A stretch of 64,000 nucleotides of DNA from Acidimicrobiales bacterium (GTDB lineage Bacteria; Actinomycetota; Acidimicrobiia; Acidimicrobiales; Bog-793). A model generated the notes under the pieces. That model made no database searches, had not been told where the DNA came from, and saw only the letters and a list, made by a program, of their open reading frames with translations. The position numbers were made by a program, and so were the translations under genes. This document shows, piece after piece, positions 52,343 to 60,944 of the stretch. The stretch is from NCBI GenBank assembly GCA_050744865.1, contig JBOGHW010000032.1:5047-69046 (forward strand). The letters run 5' to 3'. Position 1 is the stretch's first letter, and each line of letters begins with the position of its first letter.

Positions 52343-53371
52343 CTATACAGGACGGAGCCGGAGGACGGTGAGCGGCGGCTCTTGGCTCCGGCCTGGGCTC
52401 GCCTCCTCGAAGGACACGATGGAGCTCGCCACGGCTGTCACCTGGGCGACTATGTCGTGATGACGGCGGTTGACTCTGTGCTCTTCGATCGACAGCGTCA
52501 TCTGCGAGGTCAGGATCGCCCCGTCGGCGCCGGCGTCGGACACGGCCTTGTTGACCTGGCCGCGGGCATGGCTCCTGGCCATGGTCACCAGCTCGGTTAT
52601 GTACGCGACCTCGCGCACCGACGAGAACCTGTTGCGGGCCAGCTGAGCCCTGCGCAGGTCGTGGGTGATCGCCATCGTCATCCCGACGGCGACCGAGGCC
52701 GGGATAAAGCCCGAGCGCAGCAGCTTGGCGCTGTCGGCGCCGGAGAGCGTGGTGACGAAGGGGCGTCTCGCATGAACCGATCCGCGGGCTCGCACCGCCG
52801 TACCCCAAGCGGTGCACTCCCAGACGCCGTGCCCGACCTCGGTGTGACTGATCTCCACGGCGACGACCCCGTCGGCGCCGAGCTCGGAGGCCTCGAGCAG
52901 CATCCGCTCGATAGCCGATCGAGTCGGAGCGGTTGCGGCATGCGTATAGGTCACCGCGTTCATCCGCGACCCGGCACCGAGGGACGGGGTCGAGGCCGAG
53001 GTGGCGGCCAGCTGTGGCACTTGCGCGAGGACACCGCCCGGAAGCGACGTCGCCGCGCCGGTGCCGCCGGAGCGGTTGTACCCGGTCGAGACGGACCACG
53101 GGTTCTTGGCTATACGGCGCGGTACGTAACCGCAGCCGACCTCGCCGAGCCCGAACTCGCCCCAGTCGACCCGCTCGGCCCGGCAGCCGACGACAGAACC
53201 GACTGGGTCGAACTCCGCCGATTCGATCGACGCCCAGTCGCGGGCGCTCAGCAGGCTGGAGCGCAGGCCCGACTTCTTCGACTCGGTGATGCGCCAGCTT
53301 GCCGAAGGTGGCAGGCCCACACCTCGCCAGGACCCGGGTGCCGGGGGCGGCGCGTCGCCTTGCCCGCTCAC
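52343..53371 (-). CDS. tandem YbjQ/UPF0145-like domain protein
   Basis: Two halves each with YbjQ-like cores (EASELGADGVVAVEISHTEV...WGTAV and SDAGADGAILTSQMTLSIEEH...). Confidence 0.5.
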   Translation of the reverse strand: MSGQGDAPPPAPGSWRGVGLPPSASWRITESKKSGLRSSLLSARDWASIESAEFDPVGSVVGCRAERVDWGEFGLGEVGCGYVPRRIAKNPWSVSTGYNRSGGTGAATSLPGGVLAQVPQLAATSASTPSLGAGSRMNAVTYTHAATAPTRSAIERMLLEASELGADGVVAVEISHTEVGHGVWECTAWGTAVRARGSVHARRPFVTTLSGADSAKLLRSGFIPASVAVGMTMAITHDLRRAQLARNRFSSVREVAYITELVTMARSHARGQVNKAVSDAGADGAILTSQMTLSIEEHRVNRRHHDIVAQVTAVASSIVSFEEASPGRSQEPPLTVLRLRPV

Positions 53372-53405
53372 ATGACTCGACCCGTCTGCGAGATCGCCGC
53401 AGGCT

Positions 53406-54602
53406 TCACAGTCGGTCGACGATCGCCTGGGCGAACTCGCTGCATCGCACCTCGGTGGCGCCGTCCATCAACCTGGCGAAGTCGTAGGTGACGATACTGT
53501 CCGCGATCGTCTTCTCGAGGGCGCCCACGATGTCGTCGGCCGCGTCCTGCCAGCCCAGGTGCTCGTACATCATCACACCCGACAACAGCAACGAGCCCGG
53601 GTTGACCTTGTCCTGGCCCGCGTACTTGGGCGCTGTGCCGTGCGTCGCCTCGAACACGCCGTGCCCGCTCACGTAATTGATATTGCCGCCCGGCGCGATG
53701 CCGATGCCGCCGACTTGGGCCGCCAGGGCGTCCGACAGGTAGTCGCCGTTCAAGTTGGTCGTGGCGATCACGTCGAACTCGTCGGGCCGGGTCAGCACCT
53801 GCTGCAGCGTGATGTCGGCGATGGCGTCCTTCACCAGGATCCTGTCGCCCGGGTCGCCGCCACAATCGTCCCACCCGACGGCCACCTCGGCGAACTCGTC
53901 GCGCACGACGTCGTAGCCCCAGCTGCGAAACGCTCCCTCGGTGAACTTCTGGATATTCCCCTTGTGCACGAGCGTGACGCTCTTGCGGTTGCGGTGGACG
54001 GCGTAGTTGACGGCCGCTCTGACGAGGCGCTTCGACCCTGTCTCGGACACCGGCTTGATACCGATGCCGGAGTCGGCCCGGATCGACCAACCGTAAGTCT
54101 TCTCGAGGAAGGAGATGAGCTCTTGGACCTCTGAGCTGCCCTCTTGAAGCTCGAGGCCGGCATAGACGTCCTCGGTGTTCTCCCGGAAGATCACCATGTC
54201 GACGTTCTCCGGGTGGCGGACAGGCGAGGGCACGCCCTGGAACCAGCGCACCGGCCGGAGGCACACGTAGAGGTCGAGGATCTGCCGGAGCGCGACGTTG
54301 AGCGAGCGGATGCCGCCGCCGACCGGGGTCGTGAGCGGCCCCTTGATTCCGATCAGGTGCTCCCGGAAGGCCTCGACCGTGTCCTCGGGCAGCCACTCGC
54401 CCGTCTCGTCGAACGCCTTCTGGCCCGCGAGGACCTCTTTCCAGGACACAGAGCGGCCGTGCTTGGCGGCAGCGGCGTCGAGCACCAGCCGGGCGGCCGG
54501 CCAGATGTCGACACCTGTCCCGTCCCCCTCGATGAACGGGATGATGGGCTCTGTCGGGACGTTGAGAACGCCGTCGGGCGACATGGTGATCTTCTCGGGC
54601 AT
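53406..54602 (-). CDS. icd: NADP-dependent isocitrate dehydrogenase (homodimeric type)
   Basis: [59 protein letters not shown]. Confidence 0.95.
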   Translation of the reverse strand: MPEKITMSPDGVLNVPTEPIIPFIEGDGTGVDIWPAARLVLDAAAAKHGRSVSWKEVLAGQKAFDETGEWLPEDTVEAFREHLIGIKGPLTTPVGGGIRSLNVALRQILDLYVCLRPVRWFQGVPSPVRHPENVDMVIFRENTEDVYAGLELQEGSSEVQELISFLEKTYGWSIRADSGIGIKPVSETGSKRLVRAAVNYAVHRNRKSVTLVHKGNIQKFTEGAFRSWGYDVVRDEFAEVAVGWDDCGGDPGDRILVKDAIADITLQQVLTRPDEFDVIATTNLNGDYLSDALAAQVGGIGIAPGGNINYVSGHGVFEATHGTAPKYAGQDKVNPGSLLLSGVMMYEHLGWQDAADDIVGALEKTIADSIVTYDFARLMDGATEVRCSEFAQAIVDRL

Positions 54603-54618
54603 CTCCGCACACTAGGTC

Positions 54619-54690
54619 GAGACGGCGGGCGGAGACGAGACGGCGGGCTGAGGTGAGACGGCGGGCTGAGGCGAGACGGCGCGGTGCCGT
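54619..54690. repeat. 18-bp x4 tandem repeat in the icd / SDR divergent intergenic region
   Basis: gagacggcgggcggagac, gagacggcgggctgaggt, gagacggcgggctgaggc, gagacggcgcggtgccgt, starting at 54619, 54637, 54655 and 54673. Confidence 0.9.
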
Positions 54691-54729
54691 CGTGGCGCCG
54701 AGCGTCCCGGTTGGGAGAGACTTACCTGT

Positions 54730-55560
54730 ATGGAACAGCTCGAAGGTCGTGTCGCCATCGTTACCGGAGCAGCCAGCGGGATAGGGCTGGCCATGGCGCA
54801 CGCCTTCGCCGCAGAGGGGATGAAGGTGGTGCTGGCCGACGTCGACGAGCCGGGCCTTGCTTCTGTGCTGGGCGAGATCACCGCCGGCGGTGGCCAGGCG
54901 GTCTCGGTACCGACAGACGTCTCCGACTCCGCCCAGGTAGACGCCCTTCGCCAGGCTGCACTGGCGGCCTTCGGGGGTGCACACGTGATCTGCAACAACG
55001 CCGGCGTGGCAGTCGGCGGCCCCCTCTGGGACGTGCCGCTCGAGTCCTGGAAGTGGGTTTTCGGAGTCAACTTCTGGGGGGTGGTGCACGGCATCAGGTC
55101 GTTTGCACCCCTCCTGCGAGAGCAGGGTGCAGGCCACATCGTCAACACCGCGTCGGCCGCCGGGATCGTGTCGACGCCCTGGCTTGGTCCCTACTCGGCG
55201 ACCAAGCACGCCGTCGTGGCGCTGTCCGAGACTCTTGCCCTCGAGCTGGCGGGTTCGGGCGTCGGCGTCTCGGTGCTCTGCCCCATGTGGGTGAAGACCC
55301 GTATCCACGAGTCGGACCGCAACGCCCCGGCCGAGGTGGCCCGCCTCGTGAGCGACGAGCAGGTCGGCGCCATGCGCAGTGCCGTCGGCGCCTTGGTGGC
55401 TACGGGCGCCGAGCCTTCTCACGTCGCGGGCTTGGTAGTGAAGGCCGTGAAGGAGGACACCTTCTACGTGTTCCCACACGACCAAGTGCGCGAGGCAGCC
55501 CGTCGCCGCGGCCAGCGGATCGCCGACGGCAAGATGCCGGACCTGACCCTGTTCTCCTGA
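54730..55560 (+). CDS. short-chain dehydrogenase/reductase (SDR)
   Basis: VAIVTGAASGIGLA, NNAG, YSATKHAV. Confidence 0.9.
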   Translation: MEQLEGRVAIVTGAASGIGLAMAHAFAAEGMKVVLADVDEPGLASVLGEITAGGGQAVSVPTDVSDSAQVDALRQAALAAFGGAHVICNNAGVAVGGPLWDVPLESWKWVFGVNFWGVVHGIRSFAPLLREQGAGHIVNTASAAGIVSTPWLGPYSATKHAVVALSETLALELAGSGVGVSVLCPMWVKTRIHESDRNAPAEVARLVSDEQVGAMRSAVGALVATGAEPSHVAGLVVKAVKEDTFYVFPHDQVREAARRRGQRIADGKMPDLTLFS

Positions 55561-55593
55561 GGCGCCCGAACTCCGCCGCCGACCTCCACCAGG

Positions 55594-56454
55594 TCACGCC
55601 TGCGCGGCGCGACCGGCTGCTTGGACGGCATTGCGGAGGAGCATCGCCCGCGTCATCGGGCCGACGCCACCGAGGCGCGGAGTCATCCAACCGGCGACCT
55701 CGGCAACTCCCTCGTCGACGTCGGACAGCACACGCCTGCCGACGAACGTCGTCCCCGCCCCGACGACGGCGGCGCCGGGTTTGACCATCTCGGGCGTCAC
55801 GAGCCCGGCCCGCCCGGCGGCCGCCACCACGACGTCGGCAGTTGCGACGTAGGACCCCAGGTCTCCGACGCCGCTGTGGAGGACCGTCACAGCAGCGTTG
55901 CAACCGGCGCGCTTCAAGCTGAGAAGCACTGCGAGCGGCCGCCCGATGGTGAGCCCGCGGCCGATTATCACGACGTGGCGGCCTTCCACCGGCACGTCGT
56001 TGTCGGCCAGCAGCTCGACGATCCCCTGCGGAGTGCACGGCAGGGCACGAGGCGTTCCCTGCACCAGCAAGCCGAGATTCACCGGGTGCAAGCCGTCGAC
56101 GTCCTTGCGGGGATCGACGGCCAGCAGGACTTCGGCTGCGTCGATGTGAGCCGGCAGCGGCACCTGGACAAGAAACGCAGACACCCCTTCGTCCCCGTTG
56201 AACCGCCTCACGGCCTCGAGCACCTCGGCCTGGCTCGCCGTCGCCGGCAAGTGCACCTGGGCGGAGGCTATTCCCATGGCTGCACAGTCCTCGTGCTTCA
56301 TCTCCACGTAGCGGGCGCTCGGGGCGTCGTCACCGACGAGGATGGTCCCGAGGCCGGGCGTCACTCCTCGAGCCTTCAAGGCGGAGATCTCCGCCCGCAG
56401 GCCGGCCTTGATCCGGGCGGCCAGCGCCTCGCCGTCGAGCAACGACGCCGTCAT
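55594..56454 (-). CDS. folD: bifunctional methylene-THF dehydrogenase / methenyl-THF cyclohydrolase
   Basis: LLDGEALAARIK, PGLGTILVGDDAPSARYVEMK, VIIGRGLTIGRPLA, PRLGGVGPMT. ATG at 56454. Confidence 0.9.
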   Translation of the reverse strand: MTASLLDGEALAARIKAGLRAEISALKARGVTPGLGTILVGDDAPSARYVEMKHEDCAAMGIASAQVHLPATASQAEVLEAVRRFNGDEGVSAFLVQVPLPAHIDAAEVLLAVDPRKDVDGLHPVNLGLLVQGTPRALPCTPQGIVELLADNDVPVEGRHVVIIGRGLTIGRPLAVLLSLKRAGCNAAVTVLHSGVGDLGSYVATADVVVAAAGRAGLVTPEMVKPGAAVVGAGTTFVGRRVLSDVDEGVAEVAGWMTPRLGGVGPMTRAMLLRNAVQAAGRAAQA

Positions 56455-56526
56455 CGGCAACCCTCCTCGGTGCCGCAGGCCGCAGTCAGGTTGCACGCCT
56501 TTGCGCTCGACACGGTGGCCGGCACC

Positions 56527-58077
56527 TCAGTGCCGGAAATGGCGCTCTCCGGTCATCACCATGGCGAGACCCCGCTCGTCGGCGGCCGCCACGATCTCGT
56601 CATCCCTGAGCGAACCGCCGGGCTGGACCACGACGCTCGCGCCGGCGTCGGCGACAGCGTCGAGGCCGTCGCGGAAGGGGAAGAAGGCATCGCTGGCGCC
56701 GGCTCCTCCACGCGCCCTGTCGCCGGCTTTGCCGGCGGCGAGCCTGGCTGCGTCCACGCGGCTCTGCTGCCCACAGCCGATGCCGACGACTTGGCCGTCG
56801 CGGGCCAGGACGATGGCGTTCGACGACGTCCGGGCGCAGACGAGCCAGGCGAGCTGCGCATCGCGCCACTGCTCGGCGGACGGCTCCCGCTCGGTTACGC
56901 ATCGCCAGTCGTCAAGCCGAAGGTTGACTTGGTCTGCCTCCTGCACGAGCCAGCCTCCGTCGATCTGCCTGAGAGCCAGGCCGGCAGCACCGGGGGGTGC
57001 GAGGGTGAGGACGCGCATGTTCTTGCGTTTCGATACGAGGAGGTCGACGGCTACCTCGGTGTACCCCGGCGCCACCAGCACGTCGGCCAGCGGATTGGCG
57101 ACTATCTGCTCGGCCAGCTCTTCGTCGACGCCTTGTGACAGGGCCACGATGCCGCCGAATGCAGAGAGCGGGTCGCCCGCGAAGGCCTTGGCGTAGGCGT
57201 CGGCGAGTGAGCCCGCGATGGCGACGCCACAAGGGTTGGCGTGCTTGACGATGACCGCGGCAGCAGCCCGCTCGCCTCTTGGCGGCAATGCTGCCACTTC
57301 GTGTACCAGCCGCCAGGCAGCGTCGGCGTCGAACAGGTTGAGGTACGACAGCTCGCGCCCGCCGTGCTGCAAGGCCGAGTCCCACACACCGGCCCGGCCA
57401 AGGTCACTGCTGTCCCTGTAACGGGCACCGACTTGGTGGGGATTCTCCCCATAGCGGAGGTCCTGGACGCGCTCGATCGAGATGTGCAGCGTGGCTGGCA
57501 GGGCGCCCTGCCCGGGGCGGCCGGCTACGGCCGGCGAGTCGAACCAGTTCACGATCGCCGCGTCGTATGCCGCCACGTGGGCGAAGGCCTTGCGTGCCAA
57601 AGCCAGCCGGGTCGTTGCTGTGATCTCGCCCTCGTTGCGCAGCTCGTCGAGGATCGACCCGTAGTCAGCCGGGTCGACGACGACGGTGACGTGGGCATAG
57701 TTCTTGGCCGCCGAGCGCACCATCGTCGGGCCGCCGATGTCGATCGTCTCCACGGAGGGCTCGGCCTGGAAGGGGTAGAGGTTGCACGCCACGAGCGAGA
57801 TCGGGGTGATCCCGGCTGCTTCGAGCTCGGCCAGGTGCGAGGGCTGGTCGAGGTCGGCGAGGATCCCGCCGTGCACGGCTGGGTGAAGGGTCTTCACTCG
57901 CCCGCCCAGCATCTCGCCGGCCTGGGTCACGGCCTCGACGGTGAGGTGAGCCACGCCCGCCTCCGACAGGGCACGAGCTGTGCCGCCGCTGGCCACGAGC
58001 TCGATGTCCAGGCTCGCAAGACCCTTTGCAAAGGCTTCGAGGCCGACCTTGTCGTATACACTGAGCAGCGCTCTCAT
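56527..58077 (-). CDS. purH: bifunctional AICAR transformylase / IMP cyclohydrolase
   Basis: RALLSVYDKVGL, SGGTARAL, GGRVKTLHP, IVKHANPCG, VVQPGGSLRD. Confidence 0.95.
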   Translation of the reverse strand: MRALLSVYDKVGLEAFAKGLASLDIELVASGGTARALSEAGVAHLTVEAVTQAGEMLGGRVKTLHPAVHGGILADLDQPSHLAELEAAGITPISLVACNLYPFQAEPSVETIDIGGPTMVRSAAKNYAHVTVVVDPADYGSILDELRNEGEITATTRLALARKAFAHVAAYDAAIVNWFDSPAVAGRPGQGALPATLHISIERVQDLRYGENPHQVGARYRDSSDLGRAGVWDSALQHGGRELSYLNLFDADAAWRLVHEVAALPPRGERAAAAVIVKHANPCGVAIAGSLADAYAKAFAGDPLSAFGGIVALSQGVDEELAEQIVANPLADVLVAPGYTEVAVDLLVSKRKNMRVLTLAPPGAAGLALRQIDGGWLVQEADQVNLRLDDWRCVTEREPSAEQWRDAQLAWLVCARTSSNAIVLARDGQVVGIGCGQQSRVDAARLAAGKAGDRARGGAGASDAFFPFRDGLDAVADAGASVVVQPGGSLRDDEIVAAADERGLAMVMTGERHFRH

Positions 58078-58658
58078 GCCCGTCCTTTCCAGGATTCAAG
58101 ACTCCCGCCGTGCCGGAGCACCGACGAGATCGTGGCCGGGTAAAGCCGGCGCTCGACCTGTTTGATGCGCTCCGATAGCGTGCCAACGGTGTCGCCGGGC
58201 AGGACCTTGACCACCTCCTGGGCCAAGATCGGCCCCACGTCGGTTTCCAGCGTGGCTACGTGAACGGTACAGCCCGTCTCGTCCACCCCGGCCGCCAGAG
58301 CCTCCTCCACCGCATGCCAACCTTTGAAGGCCGGCAGGAGCGCCGGGTGCGTGTTGAGGATCCGCTCCGGGTAGGCCTCGTGTATGGCGGCTCCGAGGAC
58401 CGTGCCGTAACCAGCCATGGCGACGAGACGGAAGTCGTACCGCTGCAGGGCCGCCACCACCTCGACGGTGAAGCCATCCCTGTCGAATCCGGCACCGAAG
58501 CCCGACCGCATCACCCGCTCGAGCGGGATACCCGCCTCGACCGCGATCGCCTCGGCGTCGCACGGCCTGTCCACAACCACGACGGCTATGTCCAGTCCTG
58601 CCTCGGCCAGGGCCCGCAGGATCGTTCCCTTGCCGGAGGCGAGCACTGCGATGCACAC
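58074..58658 (-). CDS. purN: phosphoribosylglycinamide formyltransferase
   Basis: IAVLASGKGTILRAL, RILNTHPALLPAFKG, TGCTVHVAT..D.GPIL. GTG 58658. The stop overlaps the purH start. Confidence 0.85.
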   Translation of the reverse strand: MCIAVLASGKGTILRALAEAGLDIAVVVVDRPCDAEAIAVEAGIPLERVMRSGFGAGFDRDGFTVEVVAALQRYDFRLVAMAGYGTVLGAAIHEAYPERILNTHPALLPAFKGWHAVEEALAAGVDETGCTVHVATLETDVGPILAQEVVKVLPGDTVGTLSERIKQVERRLYPATISSVLRHGGSLESWKGRA

Positions 58659-58867
58659 GAGCGTGCACCGTACCAGCGGTTGGCGAGCCCGGCCGAATCT
58701 CGACCTCCCGTACTGGAACCGCTCAGAGTACGCATACGACCACTTTCTGTAGCGAGAAGTAGGCAGGCACGCTTCAGGCGAGTTAGGGTCAGGAGCCTGT
58801 TCGGGAATGCGAAAGGGGTGTCTCGGACCGAAATGCACTCTATGCACGACGCAGCGGGGGAGGACGG

Positions 58868-59593
58868 CTGAGCGACAGTCCACTGGGCACGGGCTGGTGG
58901 ATGGCGTCGGATGGGAACTGGTACCCACCCGAGTTGCATCCCGACGCGAGAACGTATCCGGCCGGCGCGCCCGATGCCACCACCAAGGAACCACAAAGCG
59001 CCCACCCGGCTCGCCCCGTGACACAGCGCACGCCCGCTCCACAGGCCTCGCTCGAGAACCCACCCCTCAAGGGATGGTGGTTGGCCTCCGACGGCAACTG
59101 GTACCCACCTGAGCAACATGCCGACCCTGCCTACCGGGCCGCCGCGCTGCGGCCTGTCACCCCGGCTCCTGAGTTCGCAATCCCGCCTGACAACCCCCTC
59201 GCGATCCTGACGCGCGACAGCCCCAAGGGGCCACGTCCTGTTCGGGCATCCGGCTCCGGACCCGGCGCTATTGGCGCCGGGCGACCGACGGCGTCTTTCG
59301 ACGACGACTGGCGCAAGGGCGGCAGCGACCCCTACGCGCTGCAGTCGTTCGGCCCGGACTCGGACTCCCTCATCCGCTCCAGGGCGGCGATAGGCGGGCC
59401 GGTGTCGGCCGTGCCACCTGTCCCGGCGTGGGACAGCGACACCTATGCAGTGCTGCCTACCCGGCAACGGCAACAACGGCGGCGCTCAGGCCAGCCTCGG
59501 TCCAAGCTCGCCACTGTGTTGTTCTTCTTGGTTCTGCTCGTCGTCGTAGGCGGAGCCGTGGTGCTGATCCTTGTCATCCACCACGGCTTTTGA
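58868..59593 (+). CDS. C-terminally membrane-anchored Pro-rich protein with two GWW(M/L)ASDGNWYPPE repeats; probable non-canonical CTG start
   Basis: The ORF track starts at ATG 58901, inside the first repeat (..GT GWW M ASDGNWYPPE). In-frame CTG 58868 has GGGGGAGGA 3 nt upstream. The C-terminal TM is LATVLFFLVLLVVVGGAVVLILVI. Confidence 0.55.
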   Translation: MSDSPLGTGWWMASDGNWYPPELHPDARTYPAGAPDATTKEPQSAHPARPVTQRTPAPQASLENPPLKGWWLASDGNWYPPEQHADPAYRAAALRPVTPAPEFAIPPDNPLAILTRDSPKGPRPVRASGSGPGAIGAGRPTASFDDDWRKGGSDPYALQSFGPDSDSLIRSRAAIGGPVSAVPPVPAWDSDTYAVLPTRQRQQRRRSGQPRSKLATVLFFLVLLVVVGGAVVLILVIHHGF

Positions 59594-59600
59594 GCGTCTC

Positions 59601-60944
59601 TCAGCCGAGGTGAGGATAGATGGGGAAGGCGTCGGTGAGCGACCGGACGCGGCCCGCTAAGGCGCCGTCATGCGAGCCGCTCGTTGCCAGTGCATCGGCC
59701 AGGATGGAGCCGACCTCGACAAACTCGGCCGTGCCAAAGCCTCTCGACGCCAGGGCCGCGCTGCCGATCCTGATCCCTGAGACGAGGGGCGCCTGCTGGC
59801 TGTCATAGGCAAGGGGAATGCAGTTGGCCGAGATCCTGAGTGAATTGAGACGTGCCATCTCTGCTCCGGCCTCGCGGCCCGATGGGCCAAGGTCGACCAG
59901 GAGTTGGTGGACGTCGGTGCCGCCCGTTACGACCTCGGCCCCCACGCGTGCAGGGTCGGCGGCCAATGCCGCCGCCATGGCGGCGGCGCCTGCGACGGTG
60001 CGTTCCATTCGCTCCCTGTAGGCGTCCGTGCCGGCGACGGCAAAGGTCACGGCCTTGGCTGCGATGACGTGTGGCAGTGGGCAGCCCTGCTCGCCCGGGA
60101 AGACAGCGGCGTCCACGCGTTCGGCCAGTTCCGCCGAACACAGGATCGTCCCGCCCCGCGCTCCCCCGAGCGTCTTGTGGACCGTCATGGTGCATGCGTC
60201 CGCATAGGTCACAGGATCCGGGTGCAGGCCGGCTGCGACCAAACCGGCGAAGTGCGCCATGTCGACCACCAGGTAGGCGCCGACCTCGTCGCATATCTCA
60301 CGGAATGCCCTGAAGTCGAGGAACCTCGGGTAGCAGGACCAGCCGGCGAAGATCACCTTCGGCATGTGTAGCCGGGCGAGGCTGGCGACCTGCTCCATGT
60401 CGACAAGGCGGTCCGATCGGCGCACGCCATACGAGAACGTCGTGTAATAGCGGCCGGCGAAGGTGTCGGGGCTGTAGTGGGTCGGGTGCCCGCCCTGGTT
60501 GAAGTCGAACCCGAGCACAACGTCTCCTGGCTGGCAGAGCGCACGCAAGACGGACTGGTTGGCGCTCGAACCCGAATACGGCTGCACGTTGGCGTGATCG
60601 GCACAGAAGAGCGCCTTCGCCCGCTCGATCGCCAAGCTCTCGATGGCGTCGATCACCTCGCACGTGTCGTACTGGCGGGCACCCGGGTAGCCGTCGGCGT
60701 ACTTGGCAGTGAGGATCGAGCCCTGAGCTTCCAGCACGGCCCGGGGCGGTACGTTCTCGGACGCCACGAGGTCGAGCGTGGTCCGCTGGCGCTCCAACTC
60801 GGCCTCGATCAGGTCTGCGACCTCCGGATCGATCAGCTTGAGCGGCGCAACCAGCACTCGTGACGGGTCCTCTATCGGCTCGGTGGAACCCTCGCCGCCA
60901 TCTTGCGCATCCGCCCGGTCTCCCCCCGGAAGCTGCTCAGCCAT
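59601..60944 (-). CDS. glyA: serine hydroxymethyltransferase
   Basis: LVASENVPPRAVLEAQGS, YPGARQY, TVHKTLGGARGG. ATG 60944 overlaps the ilvA 3' end by 8 nt. Confidence 0.95.
   Translation of the reverse strand: MAEQLPGGDRADAQDGGEGSTEPIEDPSRVLVAPLKLIDPEVADLIEAELERQRTTLDLVASENVPPRAVLEAQGSILTAKYADGYPGARQYDTCEVIDAIESLAIERAKALFCADHANVQPYSGSSANQSVLRALCQPGDVVLGFDFNQGGHPTHYSPDTFAGRYYTTFSYGVRRSDRLVDMEQVASLARLHMPKVIFAGWSCYPRFLDFRAFREICDEVGAYLVVDMAHFAGLVAAGLHPDPVTYADACTMTVHKTLGGARGGTILCSAELAERVDAAVFPGEQGCPLPHVIAAKAVTFAVAGTDAYRERMERTVAGAAAMAAALAADPARVGAEVVTGGTDVHQLLVDLGPSGREAGAEMARLNSLRISANCIPLAYDSQQAPLVSGIRIGSAALASRGFGTAEFVEVGSILADALATSGSHDGALAGRVRSLTDAFPIYPHLG

Noticed and set aside
351-54690. The tandem repeats as possible CRISPR arrays
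   Set aside because: There are only 2-4 copies each. The units abut directly or have a single non-uniform spacer. There is no repeat/spacer periodicity of 60-70 bp with unique spacers, and no cas genes.
53368-55485. 705-aa minus-strand ORF spanning icd and the SDR gene
   Set aside because: It is out of frame or antisense to two genes with unmistakable motifs. The translation is Arg/Pro/Gly/His-rich with no recognisable domain. This is a typical long shadow ORF of high-GC DNA.
55621-57138. 505-aa plus-strand ORF antisense to folD and purH, with similar cases at 60778..62094, 62374..63540, 16017..17174, 42478..43653, 43275..44279, 38044..39561 and 52148..53491
   Set aside because: All lie opposite to, or out of frame with, genes carrying strong family signatures, and all have low-complexity Arg/Pro/Gly-rich translations.
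58659-58900. ZTP (pfl-motif) riboswitch upstream of purN-purH-folD
   Set aside because: These genes are classic ZTP-riboswitch targets, so I read the minus strand of this spacer. I could not find the conserved GACUGGCG ... CCGCCUGGGC elements as I remember them. A covariance-model scan (Rfam RF01750) would settle it.
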